Source: Eledone cirrhosa
Taxonomy: Eukaryota
Length of the DNA stretch: 64,000 bases
Reading direction: 5' to 3'
Assembly: GCA_964016885.1 (NCBI GenBank)
Contig: OZ024745.1
Location: forward strand, 68,944,001 to 69,008,000
The position numbers were made by a program, and so were the translations under genes. This document shows, one piece after another, positions 24,751 through 36,700 of the stretch (position 1 is its first letter; every line of letters starts with the position of its first letter). The notes below the pieces were generated by a model. That model was not told where the DNA came from. It saw nothing but the letters and a program-made list of their open reading frames with translations, and did not search any database.

Positions 24751-26795
24751 CTGCAATGACATAATAGTAATAGGCATTCATAATTTAGCATCCATTTTCC
24801 CTGCTAGCAATGACTGAAAATACTATCAGACTGAGTCAGTATTAATATTCAGCTACTGATCTTTCTGGTGGCCTTGGGGCCCTAGGTTTTGCTTTTATAC
24901 CTACCAAGTGTACAAATGTGCCAGCATCTCGCCTTCATATGTTCATGCACTCTACTGATTGCAATTTATTATGACACTAACAATAAGGAGGTTGTCATAT
25001 CTTTGACACAGGTGAAGAGCTCCCTAGACCCTTTATTTGGCAGGTTATATACATTCATACATGATGATGATGGCTGCAATTCAATGTTAAGTAATGCCAT
25101 CACTTGATATTTAAGCATGAGCATCATGGACGTGGCATGGCGTTTTAGTCTTGCTAGGGACTTGCCTATGACCAGCAATGCTGTGCATCACAAAAAATGT
25201 CACGCATCAAGCGATGCCTGTGTTTGAAGTCTTTTTAAGTGAGAAAGGGCATTGCACAGGTCCAATCCCACTCTCTGAACATCCAATGCATTTACCCAAA
25301 GAGTAGAACTGGTCTACATTGATGGATGCAAACAAATTCATAGGTCTTATATCAGAGTCACCTTCTAGAGCGATGTCTTAATGAAGACTAGGAGTCTCTT
25401 GCATCACAAAGCCCCCCCCCCCCCTTTTACATACATACATAAGCATATATATACAATATACACATATACACATAATATACACATACATATACAGACAATC
25501 CATAAATATAGCTTTGTTACAATTTGGTTACAAGAAACCAAAATTACATATTCAGTCCATAAAACAATGGGTTATGTACTGGTAGTCAATAAGTGTCAGG
25601 ATATTTTACTGACTTTAACTAAATGGTTATAAATAAAACAATTCTGTTACTAACATCTGTTGTATAAAGAGGTTTAAATGTCCAATTTAAATGAATTTAC
25701 TTTCAAGCAAAGTAATTTTATTTGCAGATATTTACATAAAATTTTCTATTATATAAATCACTCATGAAAAAAATATATGAAAAACAACAACTCAACCTGC
25801 AATACAGAATATAAGATATAACTAGCAATAGAGAATGCTTATTTTTATAGTAATATTAATGTTTCTTCAATTTAATTCCAAATAAGCTGAATTCAATATG
25901 AATGAAAATTGATTAAAAAAAAATATTTTCCTTCTTTTACATCAAGATTTATGTCTAAGCATTTAAGATATTTTATTATACTATTTTATTAGGGAAAGGA
26001 CCTGTAACCTTGGTATGAAATTATAAAATAATTAAGTTTATATGAAATAGAGAAAGACAAGATGGAGTAAATGAAAAAAGAATTAGAAATATTGTAGAAA
26101 CGGAAAGAAGAATTATGTAATCTAATAAGAAACTATATGAAAATGAGAGCGATATTAACAAGATGTAGTCCCATGACTTGTTTAGGAGAACAATAGCTCA
26201 AATTAAAAACAAACTTGATCTGTAACGATATGTGCAACCCATACTGGCATCAAAAAAGTGGATGTAAAATGATAATATTGATTATATTTAGGACTACATT
26301 ATCCAATATGTCCTTCCATTTTTTAAAGACAAAGAATGTAGAGTCATTTATCAATATCCCTACATCTCTCATTACTAAGTTGGTATTTGGAATGTTTGGA
26401 ACGTAACTTAGCATAGGTTCATAAATAAAATCATGAAAAAACTTTAGATAAATATAAATAACTTAAAATAAACAGCTTACTATCATAAAAACATTGGTGA
26501 TTTCTTGTGGATTAGTATCAAAATGGCTAAAATAGCTTTTCACCATAGAAGGGATGGTGGGATGTTGATGTTGAAGATAATGATAGTTACAGTGGGAGAG
26601 GAGGGGTGATGGGTCATTGATGATGTAAATAGTATCTATCACAGAAGAGTTAAGCTTTTTATTTCAATAAACAATAAGGCTAATAAATATAATAATAATT
26701 TTTCCCTTATTACTTTATATTTTATCAATCAGCCAAGTAATCTCAGGGAAGCATTATCATACCACAAAAGAAATATGGATCCCTTAATTAATTAA

Positions 26796-27050
26796 CCCTT
26801 TCATTATAATATGTCAAATGAAATACACTGCCTAGAATTTTCAATTGATTAAAAAAAATAATAAACAATTTGTAAAGATTTAGTAATATAAATAACTGCC
26901 ATTTTTAAGTTGGTGTTTGGAGTATAACTGAACAAAATTTTCTTACATAATATTATGATGGAAGGATTTTAGATAAATATAACTAGTTTAAGACAAACAG
27001 TTTTGTATCGTAGAAACAAGGCAGCTTTAGAATGTTTGGGATCAGAAGGG
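26796..27050. mobile_element. TTAA-flanked (piggyBac-like) MITE
   Basis: TTAA|CCCTTT ... GAAGGG|TTAA; related copies at ~5272, 7952, 9250, 17560-17990, 30290, 48220, 50505, 58950-59166. Confidence 0.65.
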
Positions 27051-28633
27051 TTAAACATTTTCTTCATAAAGTAATTGGACTTGGGTGATTAATTACAATA
27101 GAAATTTAAAAGCTATTTTGTAAAGTCTAATAGCAAAATGAAACTGAATTTATAATGCCATTTGCATTGTTATTTCAGTTTCAATTAATTCAAAGAATTT
27201 AGGAATATCAAATAGATTTTTCCTTCTTAATTCTATTGCAGATTACAATAAAACGCAAGTGTTCTAAGGCCATTTTTCCTGCTAAAGTTGAGGTTAGCCT
27301 TGTAAGCCCAATGACAGTCTTCATATGCATGAGATCTTTTTGATGCAATGTTTTATAGGTATGTGGCCCAGTGGTTATGCTGTCACACTTCGAATCATAA
27401 TATTGTAATTTGAATCTCACACTGGTAAATATGTTTTGTTCCTGAGCAAGATACTCCAGTTCACTCAACTGAAAACAACATATATACCAGCAGCTGCTGG
27501 AAGTTAAGACAAAGTTTTTTCATGATAGGACCAGGCCCCTAACATTAAAACGTGCATGAAACCTTGTAGAAGGCTAACTAAACCTAACTAAAAGTGTAGA
27601 ATATAACAACCTCCTGGTGCCAAACTTTTAGTTACCTATTAGGATGTGTAGAAATACGGTTAACGTTTAGTTACCTATTAGGATTTGTAGAAATATATTG
27701 GATACACACTGTAGATTATTATCTTCATCACTTTATGTCTACTTTCCACAATGTCATGGATTGCATGGGTTACCAAAGTCTGAGACCAGATGGATTGGAG
27801 CGACCTCATCATGCATTTTACAGCTGGATGTCCTTCCTAACACCAACCACTTTACAGAGTATATTGGGCGTGTTTTCTCATGTCACCACCACTACCACTT
27901 TACAAAGTGTGTTGGGTGCATATTATTGTGGCATTAGCACTAGTGAGGTAACAGCTCTCTGAACTTCATCCACCCTGTTCTCACTCTAGCTACAACATTT
28001 TAAGTAAATATACCTTCACTGTTCTTGAGGACTCCTAGATAGCAAAGGCTTTCAACTACTGCAAGCAAACTATCAGAACATTTGAGAGATTTCATTTACT
28101 GAGTACTCTTCCTGTTGACTACTCCTGTACACCTGTCACATATGAGGTCTACCTTCTCTGTCCACCTATCAGTGATCATTCTACATCTAGTGTGCAGCCA
28201 CTGTCCTCATTGAGCTTTACAGGACCTAGGTAATATTTATAAAAAAATCTAATGCTATATTGTAAATCATAACAGGTGCAAGCATGGTTGTGGGGTTTAA
28301 AGAATTTGCTTTGCAAACATATAGTTTCAGGTTCAGTCCCATTTCATGGCATCTTGAGCAAGTGTCATTTAATATAACTTTGTAAGTGATATTTGGTAGA
28401 CAGAAATACTGTGTATATATACACACAATATGGTCCTCCTTTCGCAGTAGGGTCTATACCGTAGTTAGAACTCATTAGAATGTAATTCAGTGAGATCCTG
28501 TGATTGGTTCCATTGGATATTAGGTATGTAAATTATAGGTTTGTATTATTTAGTACTTTTTTAACAATGATAACAAAGAATGAGATATGTAAAATAACTT
28601 GCCTTTGTTATCATTGTTAAAATAACTACTATG

Positions 28634-28635
<2 letters not shown>

Positions 28636-28681
<46 letters not shown>

Positions 28682-29330
28682 CGGAAAAGATTGTTTTGGT
28701 AAAAAGAGGAGTAAGTAGGAGAAAGCTCTCAACAATCGTTGTTTTTAGTTACGATGGAGAATTTTATAAAAATAACAAAATAAGATGCTGAGGTTACATA
28801 TATCGTTTAATCATTATAATTATTTCCACGGTGCTCCATGCAATCTAGATGTCCTTCATGCATTTGTTGTTGATTATAGGAACGGTATCCTCAGATGAAA
28901 TCTGATATGTTTGATATGTCGCTGGCAGGAAAAACACACGTCCTATTGCTTGTGTGCCCAGCAGACATATGAGTTCCCTGAAGGGTTTGCCCGCCGTCAT
29001 GTTTGCTAGAAAAAGCTATCAACGTCTAGCAAACACGACTGCGGGCAAACCCTTCAGGGAACTCATATGTCTGCTGGGCACACAAGCAATAGGACGTGTG
29101 TTTTTCCTGCCAGCGACATATCAAACATATCAGATTTCATCTGAGGATACCGTTCCTATAATCAACAACAAATCCATGAAGGACATCTAGATTGCATGGA
29201 GAACTGTGGAAATAATTATAATGATTAAATGATATATGTAACCTCAGCATCTTATTTTGTTATATATATATATATATATTATATATATTTATATATTATA
29301 TATATATTATATACATATATATATTTATAT
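28636..29330. mobile_element. (TA)n-flanked palindromic element: arms 28772-29010 and 29025-29263 (239 bp), 14-nt loop, 94-bp extension on the left arm
   Basis: About 6 mismatches between arms by manual alignment; (TA)n at 28636-28677 and from 29261; same architecture as 51373-52079. Confidence 0.85.
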
Positions 29331-29648
29331 GGAGGCACATGGCTTAGTGGTTAGAGCATTGGCCTTGCAATCAAAAGGTTGTGAGTTCAATTCTCAGACC
29401 GGGTGATGTGTTGTTTCCTTGAGCAAGACACTTTATTTCACATTGCTCCAGTTTACTCAGCTGTAGAAATGAGATGCAAAGTGGTCGCGGAGGTGCCACG
29501 GCAAAAAAGCACCCAGCACTCACTGTAAATGAGGTTGGTGTTAGGAAGAACATCCAGCTGTAGAAAGATCAAGCCAGAATCAGTTCCCGTCCCACCCTTA
29601 CCAGCAGGGAAAAAGCGGACGTAAAATGAAATGATGATGATGATGATA
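29331..29648 (+). mobile_element. Full-length tRNA-derived SINE with RTE-shared 3' tail
   Basis: A box TGGCTTAGTGG, B box GAGTTCAATTC, CCTTGAGCAAGACACTT body, tail CCCACCCTTACCAGCAGGGAAAAAGCGGACGTAAAATGA(TGA)n matching the RTE 3' end at 61669-61730. Confidence 0.9.
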
Positions 29649-29727
29649 TAGGTCTGTGTGTGTGTATATATATGTAAAATGCATCCAGTGCTGTTTGAAT
29701 TGTTGTTTCACTTTCAATTAACTTTGA

Positions 29728-30022
29728 CAGTGATTCCCAATGCGTGGTGCATGCCTCACAGGGGTGGAGAGGGGGATTTGAAAATAATGTTAATGAGAAC
29801 AAACTTCAGGTTTTACTTTATTTATTTTTACACCAAGGCAACTTTGGTATGCATTACTGTCGGAAATTCTTGTTTCACCTCCTCCACACATGTCATTATG
29901 CATCTGGATTTAATTTTATAATATACTTTTACAAAACTCAATTTGTTTTTATATCAAAGGGGACATAACAATGTTTGAGATGTTCAGGTGGATAATAGTA
30001 AACAAGAGGTTGGGAACCATTA
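29728..30022. mobile_element. hAT (Charlie-like) MITE, decayed
   Basis: Ends CAGTGATTCCCAA ... TTGGGAACCATTA; TSD not clearly conserved. Confidence 0.55.
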
Positions 30023-31316
30023 CTCTAAGAATATATGAAATTACAATAAATATCACCACAAAATAGCTTTTTTATTTCTTAATTCTATAATATACTACAA
30101 TAAAATAGATTTTATAGAATCCACACTTTTACATTTATATGCTTATAAATTTCTAAATAGATTATCACTAAAAGTACCAGATCCTTCATGTTACTCTTTC
30201 TTTACTAAACCGAATCACCTTAGATTATCCTTTTATTTCCCAATACATCCTTCTTAATAGATTATGTTTCTACTCTTTATTACCAACATTAACCCCCTTG
30301 ATACCAGCCTAGCCAAAATCGGGTCTGGTTCTATCACACAAAACCACCCATTTTAAAAGGTTCCTGTGTAAGTATCTTCCAATATAATTCTTTTATGAAG
30401 CATATGTTAAGTTAATATTTTAGTAAAGAAAACTGGTGCGTTGACAAAATTGTTAAAGCACTGAGAAAAATACCTGATGGTATTTGTTCCAGATCTTTCT
30501 ATTTTGAGTTCAAATCCCACCAAGATCAACTTTGATTTTAATCCTTCCTGGATCATTAAAACACAATACAGGTCAAGTACTAGGGTTGATATGATAGACT
30601 TCCTCCACCCAACAAAATTGCTGGCTTTTAATCATTAATTATTTTAGTAAAACCTTCAAAAGTTCATTATTTAATTGAAATAAAATTTATTTCCTTAGAA
30701 ATTCAGTCATGAAAATGTTAAGATCATATACAATGTATACAATGTTTATGATTTACAAAAGAAACAAATTGAAGAAAAAGAATGAAAATATGGAGAAGAC
30801 ATACAATCAGACACTACAATGGCAGAATTAAAAAAACAAACTATTTTTTAAGAAATTAACATCTTTAGATTAACATTGTTAGAATTTCATTTTTTCTATT
30901 TTGTTTTATTTTAATATTGTTAATCTGGTAACTTTTGTTTTATTTTGATATTGTTAATCTAGTTGTAACTTTTGTTTTATTTTCCTAAAATATGACAATT
31001 GAAATACAACATGAAATTGAATAAAAACTAAGTAAAAATCAATATGAGTTGGGGTAACCCTTTTGATAGCAAACTCCTTGAAACTACCCTGGTTCTAGGA
31101 TGCAAAACTGCTTATTTTGAAGTATTTGTATTTATCTAAAACTAAACAACATAATGTTATGTAAAAACATTTGATTAGTTGCAAATGCCAGATAACTAAT
31201 GTTAAAATTATATCACTAAATCCCTAAAAATTCATGATTATTTTCAAAATTATTTGAAAATCATAGTTAGTGTCTTTCATTAGAAATATGTTAATGATAT
31301 CATTAAAAAAATTTTC

Positions 31317-31995
31317 CAGCAGGCTGAAACCTCACAGTGATGCCTTGCCCTTCCATGCCTTGCCTGCCTTCTCCACTGGCATGCAGCTGGATAACGATAG
31401 CCTGCACATCGACGTTTCCTTGAGGCTTGGACTCCGGATCTGCAAGCCGCATAAATGTTGCTGTGGATCCACCGTGGACTCTTTTGGCCTCCACCCGCTT
31501 TCCTGTCACCACAGTGCTGGCCGCCTTCCACGCCATGCTGCCCTCAATGAGGTCATAAAGCATAGCTTGGATGCTGTAGGCTTCCCCTCCCAACTCGAGT
31601 TGGTGGGGCTGGACCAAAGGGACGGCAACAGGCTGGACAGTATGACCATCTTCCCATTCCGCGGTGGCAAAGCCCTCATCTGAGATGCCACATGCAGCAA
31701 CACTTTCTCCAGCCACAACCTGGTGCAGTCTGCGACTAACCCAGGTACTGCTGCACGTCGGGCTGAACAGGCCAAACTCTCCAAGTACCAGTCGCCCTCC
31801 GACAGGTTCGCGGTTGTGCCGTTAGCAGTAGAGACTTCTGGTGTCCTTGGCCCTAGGGCTACCTCCCTATTCACCACCATAGGTGCTGAGCTGGCCAGCC
31901 ACAGGTGTGAGCCTTGTGAGTTGGAATGGCTCTTGCAGCGCATCTCCCTAACCATTCTCCAGGGAAACACCTTCTCCATCCTGTCTGCCAGGGGT
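31317..31995 (+). mobile_element. CRE-clade non-LTR retrotransposon 3' end (Zn knuckle plus RLE endonuclease), inactive
   Basis: LRLGL..C.PH.C.CG..VD..GLH.LSC...GR..RH.ALN, DGNRLDSMT (canonical RPDG mutated), TGA stop at 31681-31683 in place of W, AE.AK..KY, P.AVET.G..G, LQRIS..I..GN across ORFs 31270-31683 and 31723-32112. Confidence 0.9.
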
Positions 31996-32124
31996 GTGGG
32001 GAGGCCAGCATGTGGGATCCTATTTGCTCACCATACGGATTATCTACACTGTATGACATGCATTTTTCGACAACATACTTACTGCTCTCAAATAGGTTTC
32101 CTGATGAACTAACCTATAACAGTG

Positions 32125-32275
32125 GAATCATCTGACATTTTGTGTCCTTGAACCACCTCCCTACTTACTGCAACTGAGTTGAAGATGGCCATCTTTGAGA
32201 AAAATTCCTACAAGCTGGACTGACATTTTCAAAGCATTTCACTCACTATCCTCCAGGGTAACATACTGACTAATT
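32125..32275 (+). mobile_element. Older second copy of the CRE C-terminus
   Basis: Translates to TTSLLTATELKMA...FQSISLTILQGNI, matching ATSLFTTIGAELA...LQRISLTILQGNT of the upstream copy. Confidence 0.65.
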
Positions 32276-33554
32276 TGACCTGGCTCCCTCAAATGTACAT
32301 ATGCACACTTAATTAAAGTTCTCAATAAGATTTAACATGACATAGTGTGTAGCAAAACTAATTTTGTTTTCAGCTGAGTGGACTGGAACAACATGAAATA
32401 AAGTGTCTTGCTCAAGTACATAATGCTCTGCCAGAAATCGAATCAAGACCTTGCGATCATGAGCAAAACACTCTAAACACTAAGCCATGTACCTCCACAT
32501 ACATATGAATCCCCAGAGAAACACATACAAATATATATACACAGAAACACATCAACAGAAAGAACCACACACACGCATATTCATCAAACCCAAAATACAG
32601 GGAAATTAAGCCAATATGAAGTCTAAAAGAAATGAACATAAAAACACAAGTATAACTGAGATGATAGATCTATTTTTTCTCTCCTTTGTATAAGAAACTG
32701 AACAACCAATCAGAATGAAGCTTAATATATGAACATATTTTTGTTCTTTTAAGCAAAATTTATATAATCTCAACTCAATTTTCATTTCCTTCACATTAAT
32801 CTTGCATATTGTTTTATATTATTATTATTGTTAAAGAAATCATTGCTGTTGTTATTCTATGTTATTATTATTATTATTACTATTATTATTATTATTACTA
32901 TTATATTGCAGTTTTAATATATGTGTGCAGTAGAGGTTTCATTGTTTTTACTACCAAAATTTCATTACTTCAATACAATTCAATTTAATGATATATTAAT
33001 TTAAATTTCAATGATAATTTAAGACTCATATGTTGTGTTTTTTTTCTTTTTACTCTGCTATATTTCTGAATCAGCAAGATGATTGGGAGAGTCATTAGAA
33101 CATTAGATAGCATGCTTTTTAATATTTATTCTGGCTTGCTGCACACTGAGTTCTAATCCCACCATGGTCAACTTTGCCTTTCAGTCTTATGTGGTCAATA
33201 AAGAAAATGCCAGTACAGTACAGTGGTTGATTTTTCACTCTATGTCTCATTCTTCACTTCCTCTCTACTGCTTTCTTGGTTGTATTCAGATCTGGAGAGG
33301 GGATGGGCTCTGCTAGGGTCAGAGAAAATGCCCAAGAAATGCTGTATGTCACTACTGCACCCCGACAACTCTACCAGGAGTTAGAGATCCATCAATCTAT
33401 CCAAATTATATTTATGCTTGAGCCAAAATATTGTAAATTCATTTTTGATTTTACACTTCTTTTTCTTTCTGACTCTTCAATGACGATAGCCCATGGCAGA
33501 AACATCCACCCACCCACCAATAAATGCAAGCAAAATCAAATATAAATTTATTAA

Positions 33555-33750
33555 AGGCAGATAGAATGGCAGTATTGGTAGAGTGTGGGACAACATGCCT
33601 ACACATCTTTACGTTCTGAGTTCAAATTCCACCGAGGTTAGCTTTGCCTCTCATCCTTACAGGGTCAATAAAATAAAGTACCAGTAATGGATAAGTGTCA
33701 ATTTAATCGATTTCTCCTCCCCACCAAATTGTTGGCATTATGCATAAATG
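33555..33750 (+). mobile_element. tRNA-derived Meta-like SINE
   Basis: TGGCAGTATTGG A box, GAGTTCAAATTCC B box, GCCTCTCATCCTTACAGGGTCAATAAAATAAAGTACCAG. Confidence 0.85.
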
Positions 33751-36700
33751 TAAATTTAGTGAGGAAATGGAGGCTGCAAGGAGTGAAGAGGCCACCTTTT
33801 AGCCTGCAGTAAACACGATTGGCTATTAATGAATCAAGTCAACATGGTAGAGAGGACCTTCTGGATTTATCAAGTACATGATAGTTTCTCTAGTGCTTCT
33901 GCATTGATAAACCATACCCAATATACATTGAAGTGGTTTGTATTAAGAAGAGCACCTAACATTAAAAGCCATATCAAAATTGGGAACATATGAGCAAGAT
34001 GTGGTCTCTTTGACCAATCTGGTCTTGCAACATGCCAACCCATCCAACCCATGCCAGCATGGAATGTAGACACTGAATAATGAAGATGAATGTAGAAATA
34101 CAAAAATGTGAGAATGATTAAAAAGTATACCAAATTAATATAAACATTGGTTGACATACGAAGTATTGAGAAATTTGAAATTCAAAAATATATTTGCCAC
34201 AACGCAGATAATTACAGATAATTGAATAAATTGGATAAAATACCCTGAGAGACAGGAAAAATAAACTATTTTCTAGTTATCTGCATTGTGGTGAATATAT
34301 TTCCAAAAACCAATGGAAGATTGTATAGCAATGTGTTGTTTTATTGGGGTTTAATCCTCAAGTGTTGCTAGAGAAGTATAGCATATAATTACAACAATAT
34401 AAAAAAATACACATCATAAATTGATAAGGATGGAATAAATGAGCATTACAATGTTATTGAATTGAACAAGTCGGCAAACGAATCTACTTCTGCCTAAGAT
34501 ATCACTATTCAAATTAAACATACATACATACACTTGTATTTATGTGTATGTATATATATATATAAAACACACAGACCTATACATCATGATCATCATCATC
34601 ATCATCATAATCATTTTACGTCCGCTTTTCCCTGCTTGCAAGGGTATACATACATATACCAATACACTATATATAGATATATATTCCTTTCTGGTTGTGT
34701 ACATTTGAATGCATATGTGATAACATCCAGATGACACTTTGTTGAATAATCCCTGGCTGAAGTAGATAGTATCTAAGCTATTAATAATATACAACATAGA
34801 AACCTATACAAAACAATTGTCATTTTTCCTCTTCAACTTAGATTCCAGCTTTAAGTTTCCCTCATCTAGTTATTTCTGAGAGAAACTAGATCATCTATCC
34901 TAATAGATATCTTTAGTGAGTTTAGTAGTAACTGTTTTTTACCATATTCCTAAAGAATGTTGAGGCCTTTATTAACATTATTGATTATTCATGATTAAGA
35001 TACTAACTTATAAAATTCTGCTGAAAGAGTTTTATGTAAATAGCAACCATTGAAAATATGTGGTTTGATTTCATGGAACTAGAGCCTGTTCTAGTCAGAT
35101 AGCTATCAAAAGGTTTAATATGAAGTAAAATATGTGTGATGAATGCAGAGAGGTGCAGACTCGAGCGAAATGAATGAAGCATGTGTAATAAATGGGGTGA
35201 ATCTGTGCTGCAAAGATCTGTCCAACTCATGCAAGTATGGATGTGAAATGATGATAGTGATTTCGTTTTTTAGGTACAGGGAGATTGAGACTAGTATTGG
35301 TGGAATTGATTCCCCTGTAATGCATACAGTGAATCTCTGGATAAGTAAGAGTAGTCATAGGTTGTCTCCAATGATATGCAACAGTTCGAAGTTGAACATA
35401 CCAGGCAATGACACAATCAAAAGGCAAAGGCTTCATAGTCCTTGTATCACTTCTTTGTTGCCTATATCACAATGATCAGAATTTAATTAGATCTATTATA
35501 TTATTTATTTAAGTATGGCGAGAAATAAAATTCTAATTTTATTTTTATTATATTATTGTTGCATATAAAAAAAAAATTTGAAAAAGTTAATGCTTTCTAA
35601 ACAAAACAAAAAGCAAATTCAAAAGTGACATTAAAATTTTACTGGTGTTGGCTGCAAAATTATCATTTTGATAATCACATGATCATATTTTTCATTAAAG
35701 AAATAAGTGTACACAATACATGAATAAATATGATAGAGCTTGAGGAACCTAGTGATGGTGTGGGGAAAAAAATCATTCAAACATAAGTAAAACAAAAATG
35801 GTCTGTTAAAAAATAATCAGTAAATTTTTTGTAAAATATAATAGCTTATTAGTTTACCCAATACTTATCTGATAATTTGTCTTAAGCTCATCATTGTATT
35901 TCTCTCTCTCTCTATCTATCTCCAGTTTAGAATAGGTAAACCAAATCCCAACATGTTGTAAGAGATGACCAAAATGAATGGTATCAGGAAGGGGATCTGG
36001 TAATAAAACATTGCCTTCGAAAGGACCCCATGATGGGTATGAAGCTTGTCATGGGGCTTTAAATATTTCCTTAAATATTTGTTGTTAATGTAGATAATGT
36101 TAAAGCTTCAGAATTATCATGGTTTCTAAAAGACTAATGTTATATACTGAATTTCTTTACACCATAAATTTTACTTTGGAAATACTTGCCAAAATTTAAC
36201 TTACAATAGCAAACATAACATAATCAAATTTAAAGTTAGTAAAATCTATAACATGAGAACAAAGGAATGCAAATACCAATAAATTCAGAAATTTGGTTCA
36301 TGTTGAAAATTTGTTAATTATATTTTAAAAAGAAAGCTGTTTTCCCATTGGTTAACATCTCCAAGGAATGCAAGATTCAAACAAAAAATATATTCCACTA
36401 TAAATTTGCAACCTGAAAACACAAATCAATGAAATTTGGAAATCATATTTTTTATATTTCATTCATATTTTAAAATAATTTTGAACCCTATAGTTTGACT
36501 TATTCAAGTTAATACTAAATAAAATTTCATAATGGCTTGCATTGATCAAGTATAGGCGTGGGCATAGATGTGTGGTTAAAGAGGTTGTTCCACATTCACA
36601 TGGTTCTTGGTTCACTCCTATTGAGCAGCACTTTGAGCAAATGACTTCTACAATATATTCTCAGATAGATCAATGTCTTGTGTGTGGAATTTTAGGTGCC

